Assembly (NCBI RefSeq): GCF_002113885.1 | Contig: NW_018408567.1 | Coordinates: forward strand, 1,005,537 to 1,069,536 | From: Mizuhopecten yessoensis | Lineage: Eukaryota | DNA length: 64,000 bases | Direction of reading: 5' to 3' | In this document: positions 1 to 22,400 of the stretch, in pieces | Position numbering within the stretch: the first letter of the stretch is position 1 | How the letters are laid out: each line of letters opens with the position of its first letter | The notes under the pieces: generated by a model | The model's input: the letters and a program-made list of their open reading frames with translations, nothing else | Database searches by the model: none | Told to the model about the DNA's origin: nothing | Made by a program: the position numbers and the translations under genes

Positions 1-992
1 AAAAAAAACGCGGCTTGTTGGTACACGTGTAGTTTAAGCCTTTTCCTTTTCAAGAAAAAAATAATTTGGATAGGTTCCTTATATATTTGAAACTGAAGGT
101 AAAGAAATAACATTTTCTGTGTTTTGAGTTATATCACTTCAAGCTTTGAATTTGACTGCATCCTTGACATTCCAGGTGTTGCGCTCACTTGCGTTCTCTG
201 CTACCCTGGAATGTTGAAAAAGGGGGAATATGGAAGTGTCAATAAAACCATAATGCCGACTCAAAATCGATAAAACAAAGGCAAAATATGGAAGACCAGG
301 TATTTTGGATGGGAAAGCGTCTTCTGCTTCATCTCTTGACACCCGCCATGTCAATCTAAGTCAAATCTCAAGTTATGTCACATCGAGAACTTGGGTAGTA
401 ACAACAACACTAATGAGCGTATTCAAAAACATCAACCTTCACATTACACAAAGAAAATAGCATATTTTACTGCGAGATCCTGATAGTGACCATAAAAGTT
501 GTCATCACTCTGGCAATTGATTGGTTCTTGTGAAATCCACATTGCCAGCGAGAGCTTTCAAACTCATCACGACATATTCCTATGGTGGCTGATTTCGGCC
601 ATCTCGCCAATGCGACAATATTTCCCCGACAATGCGACAGAATTGCGCGATAAAGCGCATTGGTGCCTTAATTTTGTCGCGTTAGCGGATTACTTATGTC
701 GCGAATATTTAGAGTCCAAACTGAGAGCGAATTATATCTTACTAAATATTTTTTCCTACCAATTGATTTCAAAACCACGAACATGAACGTCACATAAGTC
801 AAGTGAAGTAAGCAATGGTCCGCCGTACTGAGGCGAAGATCCGGGAGTGAGAAATGCGGTGCAAATAAGCGATAGTGGAAAATAGTGAAATTGGACTGGA
901 ATTCCAATTGATAAATTGAATCCGAACAGGTGATCTGCACGCCTTGATTCAAACGCTTTGTTCAAACTTTTATAATGTTAACCTATCGTAAT

Positions 993-2607
993 ACAAGGGG
1001 CCCAGAGGGCCTGTATCGCTCACCTGTTTCTTTTGTTACATGAAACATGACTTTACATATAGGTAACTTCAGACAAAATTTGGTAACTCGAACACAAGAC
1101 ATTTTAACATCTCTTAAACGCTGGAGATATTGTTGTTTGAAATTTGAAATTGTTATTTTAAATCTTAACCCACGTTAACCTTTGACTCCGGCTCGCGTAT
1201 TATTATAATTACTGTAATTAGGAAAAAGATTCGCACTGCTGGTCTTCAAAACATTTTCAAGTATCATGATTCTAGTCCAAATGGTTCTTAGGATATCGTT
1301 GTAAGTTTTTAACATATTGGGCCCTGTGACATTGACACCAAGTCATTTTAATGAGGAAACTTTATAGCACTCCATCCCAGGTACCTATTGACCAAATAGT
1401 ATGACCCTGGGCCTTATGGAACCTGAGAAGATTGTTAAAGCTTTTAACCCATGTTGACATTTGACCACTGACTAGCACTTAAAGTTGACCTTTGACCTCA
1501 TTACTGTTATAAAGAAAAAGATTCGCACAGCTGGTCTACATAACATACCCAAGTATCATGAATCTAGTCTAAATGCTTCTTAGGATATTGTTGTTTTAAA
1601 TATTTAACATATTTGAGCCCTGTGACCTTGAAAGAAGGTCAATGTCATTTTTAATGAGGAAACTTTATAGCAATCCATCCCAGGTACATATTGGCCAAAT
1701 ATTATAACCCTGGGCCTTATGGAATTTGAGAAGATTGTTAAAGCTTTTAAGCCATGTGGACTTTTGACCCCAAACTAGCACTTAAAGTTGACCTTTGACC
1801 TCATTACTGTGAATAAGAAAAAGATTTGGACTGCTGGTCTACATAACATACCTATATTGTTTTTTAAAGTTTTTAACATTTGACCATAGTGACCTTGAAA
1901 TTAGGTGATTTTAATGAGGAAAATTTATAGCACACCTACTTGCCAAATATGACCCTTGGCCTTATGGAAATTAACAAGATAGTAAAGGTTTTTACCTATA
2001 TTGACCTTTGACCCCGACTAGCACTTCAATGATGAACTTTGTCCTCATTACCATAATAAAGAATGAGATTTGCACTGCTAGTCTACATAACATATGTAAG
2101 TATCATGACTAGACTAGATTTTTTTTAACATTTTTGACCTGTGACCTTGAAAGTACAGGATATTTTAATGAAATTTTTTTATAGCACTTCATCCCATCTA
2201 CCATCCTCGATATCCAGGAGTTACACTCACTTTCGCTCTCTGCACCCCTGGAATATGTCATGGCAAAATTGAAGGCTTGGTGTGCGCCACCTTGTTGATT
2301 GTACATCAAAAGAATCTCGCGTTCATGCAACAGTAAAAATTGAAATCTTCAAAGGAGATGTATCAGCGTAGTGATTGGTCAGTTGTTTTTTTACCAGAGA
2401 CCAATCAAACAGCCATCTTTGTGCCTTCAATTTTTGCCATGACATATTCCAGGGGTGCAGAGAGCGAAAGTGAGTGAACTCGTCGATATCGAGGATGCCC
2501 AACTACCTACTGGTCAAATGTCATGACCCTAGGTCCTCCAGAAGATGTTCAAAAGAAAGAGTTGACGGACCGACGGACGCTGCAGAACTTCAGGCCAGGT
2601 GAGCTAA
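993..2607 (+). mobile_element. Non-autonomous Helitron/Helentron-like element with central ~300-bp tandem repeats
   Basis: Starts ACAAGGGGCCCAGAGGGCCTGTATCGCTCACCTG and ends CAGGTGAGCTAAAA. Subterminal inverted repeat GCTCACCTG/CAGGTGAGC. Internal degenerate repeats, e.g. GTTGACCTTTGACCTCATTACTG at ~1484 and ~1787. The same ends recur at 10424-11479 and 42299-43324. Family assignment is from general knowledge of bivalve repeats. Confidence 0.65.
2202..2497. mobile_element. MITE, CATCCTCGATATCCAGG family (long TIRs, 9-bp TSD)
   Basis: TIRs CATCCTCGATATCCAGGAGTTACACTCACTTTCGCTCTCTGCACCCCTGGAATATGTCATGGCAAAATTGAAGGC and its near-mirror ending GATATCGAGGATG. TSD CCCATCTAC / CCCAACTAC. Confidence 0.85.
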
Positions 2608-3770
2608 AATTAATTGTGGTTAACCCAAGGTCAGTCATCCAATTTTGTGAGACACACTTCTCGATGTTCTAGTTGTATTCATGTAACGCGATTGTTGTTA
2701 AGTTTTTTTTTCCATGCAAACAATTATGATTTGACATTATTTCAAAAGAAGTTGACTAATGTGTTGTGACCAAATCATGACGTTGTAACAAGGTCACTCA
2801 CTAATGTTGGTAGGAAAACCGTCGCTTTGTCTTGGTAGGTGTTTTTTTAACAAAATACAAGCATACAGGACAATTACACCTTAACCAAGTGACTGATTAT
2901 ACTCATCCACTTACAATAACAGCAAACATGTCCTCAGCAATGTAGTAAATACGTAACGTGCAAGATTGTTAATAATATAGCTTAGTGCAATTAATTCAAA
3001 ACACCATCAAAACCCTTTATAGAACAAACTCTAAATGGCCAAAAGATAATGTGACATGAGAAAAGTACCCTGCCAACGCAATAAAATTGGGGCGCCAATG
3101 CGACACAAAAATGTCACGTCGCCACACAAGATGGTCGAAAACAGTCGCTATATATATTCCAGTGGTGCAGAGAACGCAAGTGAGTGTAACCCCTGGAATT
3201 TCGTGGATGATTTGATTGTTGATGGGGTATCATACATTTTACTAGTCTTTATATCACCTCAATCTTCACATTTGCATGGCGAAAACATGTACTAAAAGTA
3301 TCTGTGAAATATGGTGCAGGAAAATGTTTCACTTTATCAAGTTTTCTGCTTCCATTTAGCTGGAATTTATTTAAATTCCAGCAGGCTACATGGAGTAATA
3401 GTTTTAACGGTAAATAAACTGTTGTAAATTTGTAATGCAACATGCATGTTTCAGAGCACCTTAGACTTGATTTTCCACTCTTTTGACATGAAATTATAAA
3501 ATTTGAAAAAAACTTATATTTTTCACAAGAATCTTCTCTCTTGAAAATTGGAAACTATCATAACCACATTCCTGACACTTAGAACTTCTATTTTCTTAAC
3601 ATAGATACCATTTCATTTGTTACATTTGAAACGTAATGAAACATTGCCTCACATCCCTCCAAAACAATGTAACTAAGTTTTTCTATTTGGTTCAAGTACA
3701 ACACAAGATGTTATCTGGGCATAGACAGATTTATTTATAGTGTTTTTAGCACATATCACAGGGGTGAAAT

Positions 3771-12742
<8,972 letters not shown>

Positions 12743-13404
12743 TGTTAGGGTTTTTTCGAAGATATCCTTCGAGTTTCCCTCAGATAGCTTCGGTTGGGGG
12801 CCTATATAGGCGGAAAAGGAAGTCGTCCACGATTCGGCGCATAAAGTCAACTCTTGGTAACTTATGCGCTTTGGACATTTCTTTGAAAAGGAGAAATAAA
12901 TGTATATTAAAACGCGACACACTTATATCAAACATACATAAAATATAGTACTCTGAATAATTGAAAGGGTTTTACTTGTTCCCATTTCTATTTTAAATAG
13001 GAAAGTATAGATTTAAAACAAAAAAGCTTTAACATAACCTAGATTAATCTATTTTTAAATCCGCCAATCGCATCACAACGCGGCTTCATCTTCTATTTTC
13101 GTTTCTGTCCAGAATCCAAGTTGATGTTTGATGCCAGAATTGTTTTCAATGATATGTCGTCATTTGATCTTTAATGTTTAAATTCCGGTTATTTTTTTAA
13201 CCATTTCAAACAACTTTTGAAATGTGATTGTGTCAGTGAACCAGTGTTTACATCTCTCGTTCCAGAGTCACATGTTGCAGCATGTTTTCAACTTTTCAGA
13301 AGATAAACATTGGGTTCTCGTGCTTAGAGCCATGCATGAACCGATTTGACCGGTTTTGAAATGGCCAATTTTAAATTGATATAATAGATACAGACAATTT
13401 CAAT
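12743..13404. promoter_or_regulatory. Bidirectional promoter region RPL5/CCDC18-like, with TCT/5'TOP-like initiator for RPL5
   Basis: Divergent ATGs are ~660 bp apart. The minus strand reads CTTCCTTTTCC at 12812-12822, ~70 nt upstream of the RPL5 ATG, as is typical of ribosomal-protein polypyrimidine start sites. Confidence 0.7.
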
Positions 13405-16400
13405 ATGGATGAATGTCAACCTCAGGTTTTGTTGATGCAGAACGTTCAGGATCTACGAAGAAGATTGCGAGAGACGGAGAGACATCTGAACAAACTGTCA
13501 AAAATAGAAAGAACGGACGAGTAAGTTTCCCAGATGTTTTAAAGATGTATATAAGCTTTAAATTGACTGTAAATATGTAAATCTAGGTTTTAGTCCTCGA
13601 AGACAACACCATCTACAACCCGGGTTCGGGTACATGATGACCCCTTGTCAAGCATTCACTTTTATTTTTTATTCTACCCAGTCCAGTTCCGCGCTGGATC
13701 CGGGTCGTTTCGCCCTAAATCCCATTCGCACATAAGGTTGTTTCGCCCTAAATCCAGTTTGCCCCAAGGTTGTTTCAACTGAATATATTGAAAAGGTTAC
13801 TATTTTTTTTACTATGTTTCACCTCAGAATTAGATTTAAATCCGTGGTTTCACAAGCAGTTGTCTTGTCAAAGAAATGTCATGCTACATATGATATTGTA
13901 TGCGTTTGCAGATCTGGTCGACCACATACAAATCTAACAAGTCTTATAACTTTAAAAAAGCTAAGGTAGACCTAGAACTTTCTCATTAACACCCGACTGG
14001 TTATTAAATTGATCCCATGCCTTAATTGTAATGGAGCAAGCCCGATGTGAATCACACCGGGGCAATTTTAGCATAACTTGATTTAGCACATTGGTCCGCA
14101 TCCATAAATAGGTTTGTAGTATGTCTATGAACTATTTCTGTTGATCTCTTGTGTTAATCAAACTTAAACTCTGCCTAAAACTATCAAGTTGAAGTAGAAC
14201 GGCAATTAAAATCTAAATTGACTGCCATGTACGAAACTTTGTCTCTCTTCCAATTTAGGTCAGATGTCTATATGTGGGTGTCATGCATGACCTAAATGGA
14301 ATTTGAAGTAAACATGGCAACATCAGTAGTAATACTATTTTTGGCCGTGCAGGCCATATATACAGAAACGGATAACTGTGATGACTTCATGCGCGATCTG
14401 TCATGGCGGTCATTTTTACCCCCCATTACGAACTTGGCTAAGTTATTTTATTAGTAAGGGTTTGTTATGTCCTCATATGAAGCATGAATTATATGTAAAT
14501 TTACAGATTGGGACACTTTCAATTTTGCTCAATTAGTTGACATAAGACTGGTTCGTAGCTCTGACGATGCTATATATAAAAATTGTCTTGTCGTCAGAAA
14601 CTATATGTTATCGTAGCTTACAGAAGTAATAGCAGTTAATATCAAAACTAAGGGGCCATTCTATGTAAATTGTAAAATTTAAAGAAAATTGGAACATGGA
14701 GGGGTCAATTTCAGTTTTGAGGGGTCATGGTGCCGCCAAGATTATCCCTGCATGATCAGATGGCCAAGAGTCAATGTCATCATCCAGTGCTCATAAATTG
14801 AAAATTGGTTTCTGTGCAGTAACTTAAGTTCCTGATTGCCTGTAAAACATATACCTCATTTCAGATCTATTGGTCAAAATTAAAAGCCATTGGTACTTAA
14901 GATAGGAAATTGGTTTCCATGCATTCACTCATGTTCATTTTCAGGTTTTACAGTCAAGGTCACTGTTCATTAGCTGAAGTTGGCTGGCCATGGTAAAAAT
15001 CACAAAACTCAGAAACTTTTTTATGCACTTTTTTTTGTTTCCTAATACTATAAATGTTTGGTTTCAATACCTTTTGCAGTTTAAAGGTCAATTATTAAGG
15101 TCACTGTAATTGCATCCTTGAAATTTCAAGGATACGCTGTGATAGCGATTTGAATTATGAAGTGGCATTTGTTCATAAGCATTCCCAAGAACCATTTTGC
15201 ACCATTTTTTAGAAATATTACATCATTTTTCTACTAGAGACTTTTGAAAACATTATATTATGTTCTGTCTCTTAAAACAAAAGTTACAAAAATGCACTGA
15301 ATGTATAACAAAATAAATAATTTTGCATTCAGAACTCAAATAAGAAACAAAAATCAAAATAAATAATTTTGCATTCAGAACTCAAATAAGGAGAAAGGAT
15401 GCACAAATAGTGCTAAGGTACTTTAAAAAGGAGCAGCAAGTCAGAACGAGAAATCTGTCACTCTAAAATTCCAAACCCTTCATCTACTACAATTGATCAT
15501 AGACAATAAAGCCTGTCAAAATTCGCTGCATATATGGTCTTCTCTAAATCTAGAGTTTGAAAGCCTCTGGATTTGAATCGAACCCCCAATCTGGCCCATG
15601 GTATATAACCTTGGGTCAGAATCTACATACACCATATAGTAAGGTTATAGTAAGGTTAGATGCTCTTATTTGGACTTGTAAATCATAAATCATATTTTTA
15701 TGCACATGCTCTTTGCAGTGATGACCTTGATTCGGTGACCAGTATACCAATGTCCGAGAGGCTCCATATGTTTGATCACCTTCAGTTTCCTAATAAGGAG
15801 ATGATGGATGTGGATGATAGGGAAAGTATCCAATCAGGACTGGCAACTCTTCCAGATTCGTCCTACGCAGGATTTGAAAGAATACAACCACCATCCAGTA
15901 CGCCAAATAGACCACAGGTATTTTAGTGATTATTTTTCCTGTGATTTTGAAATCATACATTTCCATACTTGTGCATTGAAAGGTATTGGGTAATGAAGTA
16001 AATGATTATTTTATTGTATATGTTAATTTGTACTTATTCTATGGAGGTGCTGAAAGTACAAGCGCCGCTTCCAAATCCATTACAGAAAAGTTGAGTAAAT
16101 TAGAGCCAAAATATACACACACAAGTATATAAATTGTATAGAGATAAATGTTAAATCGGATATATAAATTTTCAGAACCATTGCCAAGGGGGAAAAATTT
16201 TGACATCACAATCAGTTCGAAGCGTCACAACACAAACATTTCATTACTTTTACATTATATCTGTTCAAAGGTCTTATCATTGAGGATTCATTTCTTTGTT
16301 TCCCAGACATCTAGAAGAACAGAAAGCCAGGAGAAGCCGGGCGTGTACAGGGAACCTCGGCCTCAGCAGAGCCTGTATCGACCAGAACCAGAGGAGGCCC

Positions 16401-19400
16401 GCTACCTCAAGGAGGCAAACAGGAAACTGCTTCAACAGAACCATAAACTGCTGGCAGAGATAGAAAAGTGCAGTCAAGAGGTCAACAGCAGCAGGGTCAA
16501 GGTAGGGGTCAAAAGTTCATGAGGGTGAAATCAGTCAGAATTCTTATATGCATTGTACAGCAACCTATTTACCCTAGGAGGAAGAAATTAAGAAGCTGAA
16601 AGGTTTTTATTTGTAAGGATACTGTGAGTATGATGACAATTTTGTTAATTTGAATATTTTAGGTACCTTTTCAGAAATTTTCAATTCATTCATCCATTTT
16701 TCAAATGACCACATTATAAGTCATGTAGTAAGACACTTTTCTTTTAATCAAAGATAGAAGAACTAAGCAATGAGTTGGACGAATACCGACAATCCATTCC
16801 AGACCTAGAGGACAAGATCGTAGGACTACAAGCAGAGACAGAGGCACAGGATAATGCTCTAATGTAAATGTTTTATCTAAAACAGACTTTTACTTCCTTT
16901 GCTTACTATAGATTATTGCCTTAAAGTTCGTTAATCTTCATGATGTCAATACCTTTGATGAAACAATATGCATTTATTGCTTTTGTGGAAGGGAAACATG
17001 ATTTCCCTGAGATTAATCATGTGCAACAAGAGGGAAGCCATAGTGAAACATGCTTAATGGAGTGGGAACAAAGAATTGGGAAAAACAAAGAAAGACTTTC
17101 CATACCACAAGGCCAATAAATATTTGATTACTACGAAATAGAAAAAAAAATAACACAACAGTAAAAGATGGTCCAGGTCATTTTTCTAGAGAGACCCTGA
17201 ATAAGGTAGAGAGACCCTGAATAAGGGAAACTCGATCACAGGTAGAAAGCATAATGCTTTATTTCCCCATCATGTGATCAGTATAATCCAATCAAATGCC
17301 GTTATATAGATGAGGTTCAGTTTGTTAGTGTTACTTCTACACTTGTCAAAATGAAGTGTAATGATGTCTGAAGTGCGAAACATTTAAGTTTTGAAATTAA
17401 CAGCTGTTTTTGAGAATGTCATTTTGTTTGAAGAAGCGTCCTGATGAAATTTTTGTTTTGGTTCAGGAGTGCAGAGGAGAGGTATGAGAAATGCCAGAGA
17501 CAGGCCAACATTTACCATCAAAAATGTAAACAACATGAACAAGAAATAGAGGAAGTTAAAGAGGAGATCACGCAGGAAAGAAAGAAGAGAAAAGGGTACA
17601 TTTTAAGCTATTTATAGATTTAAAGATATTGTATGGGCAAAGATATGCTTCCACTTCCGCTACTTACCCTAGTTTTTACCTATCAACTGATTTTTTTTGA
17701 GATCCTAAAACCGTATTCATTGCTATTAACACCCCTCCCCCTATTTGCCCTTCCCCCTTATTCATGAGGAATTGAAATTATTTAACCCCCCATCCCAGAC
17801 CTGACCAGGCCTTGCACTATAAAGCGGAGATTTAAGACTGGTGATCATGACTGGACTCGAGGTTCTCCCCAGGCCGTTTAGCTGATACGGCTCCGTATCA
17901 GCTTCAGTTTGAAATCCTCCCTGCCGTATCAGCTTAATTGACCCGTATCACCTTAAACTGTGAACCGTATCACCTTGTTAATTGTACTGAAGGTTATTTT
18001 TCAAACAATAAATTGACACTGATTAAATCACAAGGCTGACCCAAGTCCAGCAATAACCCCACTGGTCAGTTGCATGATAGGCGTATTGCCACAGCTGGGG
18101 TCCTGTAATTAGTGGGGAGGGGACCGGATGACAAGCCCACAGGTATACATCAAGCATGCTCACTGGAGCCTAAAGCAATTACCACCGGATCCTTTTAGCA
18201 TGGTCAATAGGCGATTAATTTAGGTTACTACTGTAGGATTAACAAAACAAACACTTTATACAGCCATTATAAATCAATTTACTCACATTATGATTGCATT
18301 TGACAAGGCTGAAATAGCATGTGTTATCATCTTCTCTACTTCTCTACAAAATACATTTTACTATAAACTTTTCTGAGGCCAGGAGGTCCTAGAGATTTAG
18401 AGCATATTTCTACCCTGGTGTATTTATAGGTGCCAGCTGCTAAATCAACATCAATGCTGTTCATTCTTTATTAAGATGAATGAAATCATCAACAAAGATC
18501 ATGACTTGATCCTAGGTTCATGTGAAAATCATTCATCTTTTCTATGTTTTCTTTAAAAGAGCTGAAAGCCAGCGAGATGAGGCTCTGTCCAACTTTTTGG
18601 AAGCTCAGGAAACTCTTGAGGAATACCAAAAGAAATCCAAGGAGAGAATGAAAAAGGTAAATACACCATTTTATTGAATCCCTGTACCGTTTTGAGGTAC
18701 GTACATAGTAAGTAAAAAGTACATTGACTGTTTGACCAGAATATGGAAGCAGCCTAATTGTGTTGTACTGTATGTAGATACAGGGGACCTATATCCATGC
18801 AGTATGTTCGTTCCTGTAGATTATCAAATTAACCTGATACAACTGTGTCTTCTGTTGGTAGATGGAGGGCACTGAGGACTACCTGAGAGACAGTCTGGCT
18901 CATGCAAACCAGGAGCGCGGAGATCTGCTGGAGAGAGTCAACCTCCTGCAGTCCAAGTCAAAATCTCTGCATGAGGAGGTCAGGTAGGGAGGTCAAGTTT
19001 GTTGTCACATCTGTACTTTTTTGTAGTCGCATCTTGAAGATGCTGTCCGTCGTGAATATCAGAAACTGAAAGGGTTGGCGGCAGATCACCAGAGACAATC
19101 AAAAGTGACTGCTTGTGACAGCCCTAACAGACCTGCAGCACAGTGTATAATAGTTATCTATTGTTTAGCAATATTTGTACATGTAACATGATGTCATGCC
19201 TTATCAAAACTTTTCATACAAACTTATAGAACCCTTATATGGAGGGGATGTGATTAAAGTAGATATATATAGATTTGAGTTACCACCCTTTTCTTACAAA
19301 CAACCTTGAAAGAAATATTCTCACAGTTCTTGGCATGGAGTGGTCTGTGTATTATTCTGCCATTCTGACGACAGTTTAACTTGTTATAGCTTAGTCAACG

Positions 19401-22400
19401 TCCATAAAAAGTCCCCACCTTACAATGGTAAACAGTGTACACACATCCTATTGATAATTAAAACATTTTACCTACTAATATGACATCATTAATGTTACTT
19501 TGGAGATAAATTGAATACCACAAGTATCAGTCAAATATGAACCGGTGGCCAGCACACTCAAATTGTCTCTACACTCAAAGTATTCTGTGTTGGGATATTC
19601 CAGATAGTTGACACTCCAACCAAGACCTGTGACAGCACCGAAAAGGAATTATTACCAATTTAACAGAAACGTCCAGTATTTATAAATAATCTCTTGATCA
19701 ACTTTAAATTGATATATTTATGTTTACATCAAATCTATAGCATCCATATTTAGGAGAGTTTGAACATTCTATTTGATCTGTAGATAACTGATGAGTTCCG
19801 AACAAACAGGAGCTCTGACTATTAGGGCAATACAGCATCCTGGTTTGTCGGTATGAAATATGGCACGTTTAACTTCATGGCCTGAAAAATAAACTGTATC
19901 ACTATTTTCAGATTAGTCAAGTACTGTAAAAGTGGAAATACTCGCAATTTTTTGCATCCCATTAATTTGTGTGAAAATATCCTCACATGAATATTTGTTT
20001 ATAGAATATATAAATTATAATAATGATATATAGAATATGTAGATTTCAGAACCATTCTCACTGTGAAAATTTCCACTCCCCTATCAGTTTAAGGTGTCAT
20101 AGCACGAACATTTCCATATTGCAATCAGTTTAAAAGATTCGTGACACCAACATTTCTGTATGCGATAATTTCCACTTTCACAGCAAGTGATGAAATGCCA
20201 TTTATTTCAGGGGGGGAATATGCATATCAATATAACTTTGTTTGACATAGGATAACATAATCAGGGTTGTACCTTTCTTTACCAGGAGACTGGAGACGGT
20301 GGAGGAGGTAGAACTGGATAGTCGACAAGACATGGAGCATCAAAATATGGACCTGAGGTCACAGCTGGCCAAGGTCACAACTCAACTCAGTAAGTAGGTC
20401 AAGGTCATACAAATTGAACAGATAAGTCATTGTAGTTTGGAAAGCTTCATGCTATAAAAGAATAACTGTGACTGCATAAGGTTATCTTTGCCACTACTCT
20501 TTGTTCATCCTCGATATTCCAGGGGTTACACTCAGTTATGTTATCTGTCCCCCTCCATGTCATGACAAAATCAAAGGCACACAGTTAGCCATTTGATTGG
20601 TTTCAAATTAAACAAACCTGACCAATTGCAAGGCTGATACCTAGCCTTTGAAGACTCAAGTGGAGCAACACCCTCAAGCCAGTCAATTTTACTGTTACCG
20701 TTCCTCTTTACTGTTGCTCATACAATTCTTCGATGTACATCAGAGGATCAAATAAGTCTATTTGTATCATCCACACAGTACGTAGCTATCAACTTCCGAC
20801 TGACATATTCCTGGAATAACCAGGAATGCAGAAAATGTTTGAGAGCATGACACACGCAGAGTATTTCGAGGATGCTTTTTGTTGTCCTCTGACACATCGG
20901 TGGTTAATAATAGATAGTGTGCATATTTTACAATAATGCAGACTTGTTCTTAATTAAATTACAAATAGAACCCTTATTACATACAGATGAAATGGAGTCT
21001 GAAAGTATGCACAATGAGAGTTTGAGGAGAGAAAACGTCCGCCTTAAAGGCCATATCGATGGTCAGCAGCAGCAACTGAATACATGTCAACAAGAAATTG
21101 AAGAAAGTCGCACCATGTTGGCCCAACTAGAACAACTAGCACAGCAGGTCCAAAACCAGGTTTGTATACCATGCTGGCCCAACTAGAACAACTAGCACAG
21201 CAGGTCCAAAACTAGGTTTGTATACCATGCTGACCCAACTTGAACAACTAGCACAGCAGGTCCAAAACTAGGTTTGTATACCATGCTGACCTATCTGGAA
21301 CACTTAATGTAGCTCCAAAACTAGGTCAACTAGCACAAGGGTCAAAAACCGGGTCAATATAGGGTGCAGGCCTTACATCACTATTTGTAGTATCAACTTA
21401 CACATCAGGTCTTCTAACAATTACACATCTATATCAATGACCATACTAGTCTTGACCAATAATATGTCAAAAATAAATTCATTTAAATTTCATTTATGAA
21501 AGCTAGTTATAAGTTTGTTGTATTTTTCTCTGTGATAGTCCCAGAAAGCCAACACAAGTTTCAATGACAGTGGAATGTTCAGTGTGCAACCCTCTAGTCC
21601 CTCCAGTAAAGACAACGCCTCAACCTCCTTCCGATCTGTCGACAAAACTGGAGCATCTGGCTCAGCGGGCGGGGCACAGGCCATCTTACAGGACCTCAGG
21701 TAGGTCATTTAATGTGAAGTATTAAAAAAAATGAGTCAAAGTATAATTCTAATTGTTATAAAGATGTTCTCATTGAGTTCCTGGATCTTAAAATCTAAAT
21801 TGTATCTAATGTATATACAGTGTTGCCTTGTTTATCTAGGGACGTTTGGTCCCTGTTTGACCCTTTCACCGCTGTGGACCATAATGGACTCATCCAGATC
21901 AATGCATGGTAGCGTTTACTAAAGTTACATAGGGGTGAAAGGGTTAACCGACTGTATTGTTTAACAGTTGACTTACTGGGACTTCTCAATATACCAAAAG
22001 TACATTGGACCCCAAAACACTTGCTTGATAGTAGGGCAACTGGATTAGTGACAAAACAAGCATTGAATGTATACTGGTTCTTCTGCTAGGATGAGGCTCG
22101 CAATGAAAGATGCAGAGATTCAGAGACTTCAGGCTGACATACAGGCCAAGGAAGTGAGCAGCCAGACCCAGGTTATTGAGAACCTTCACAGAGAACTCAC
22201 TGCCATGGTGCAGAGCAACAAACAAGGTTAGTGGCACAACTAACACAAACATTGCAAATATAGACAGACCGAAACAAAATTTTGGGTGAATTATTGCTAA
22301 AATTTACACCTTGTAAAATAAAGTGGTGACTTCCAGTCAAATAAATGGCAACAGCTACAGTCAGCTTCATCAATTGTTCGTTTTAAGAAAAAATTATGCA

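Larger units (their letters stand above)
159..3209. mobile_element. Non-autonomous TIR DNA transposon (Mutator-like by 9-bp TSD) carrying nested insertions
   Basis: Left end CATCCTTGACATTCCAGGTGTTGCGCTCACTTGCGTTCTCTGC (159-) and right end GCAGAGAACGCAAGTGAGTGTAACCCCTGGAATTTCGTGGATG (-3209) are imperfect inverted repeats. They are flanked by ATTTGACTG (150-158) and ATTTGATTG (3210-3218). No transposase ORF. Confidence 0.75.
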
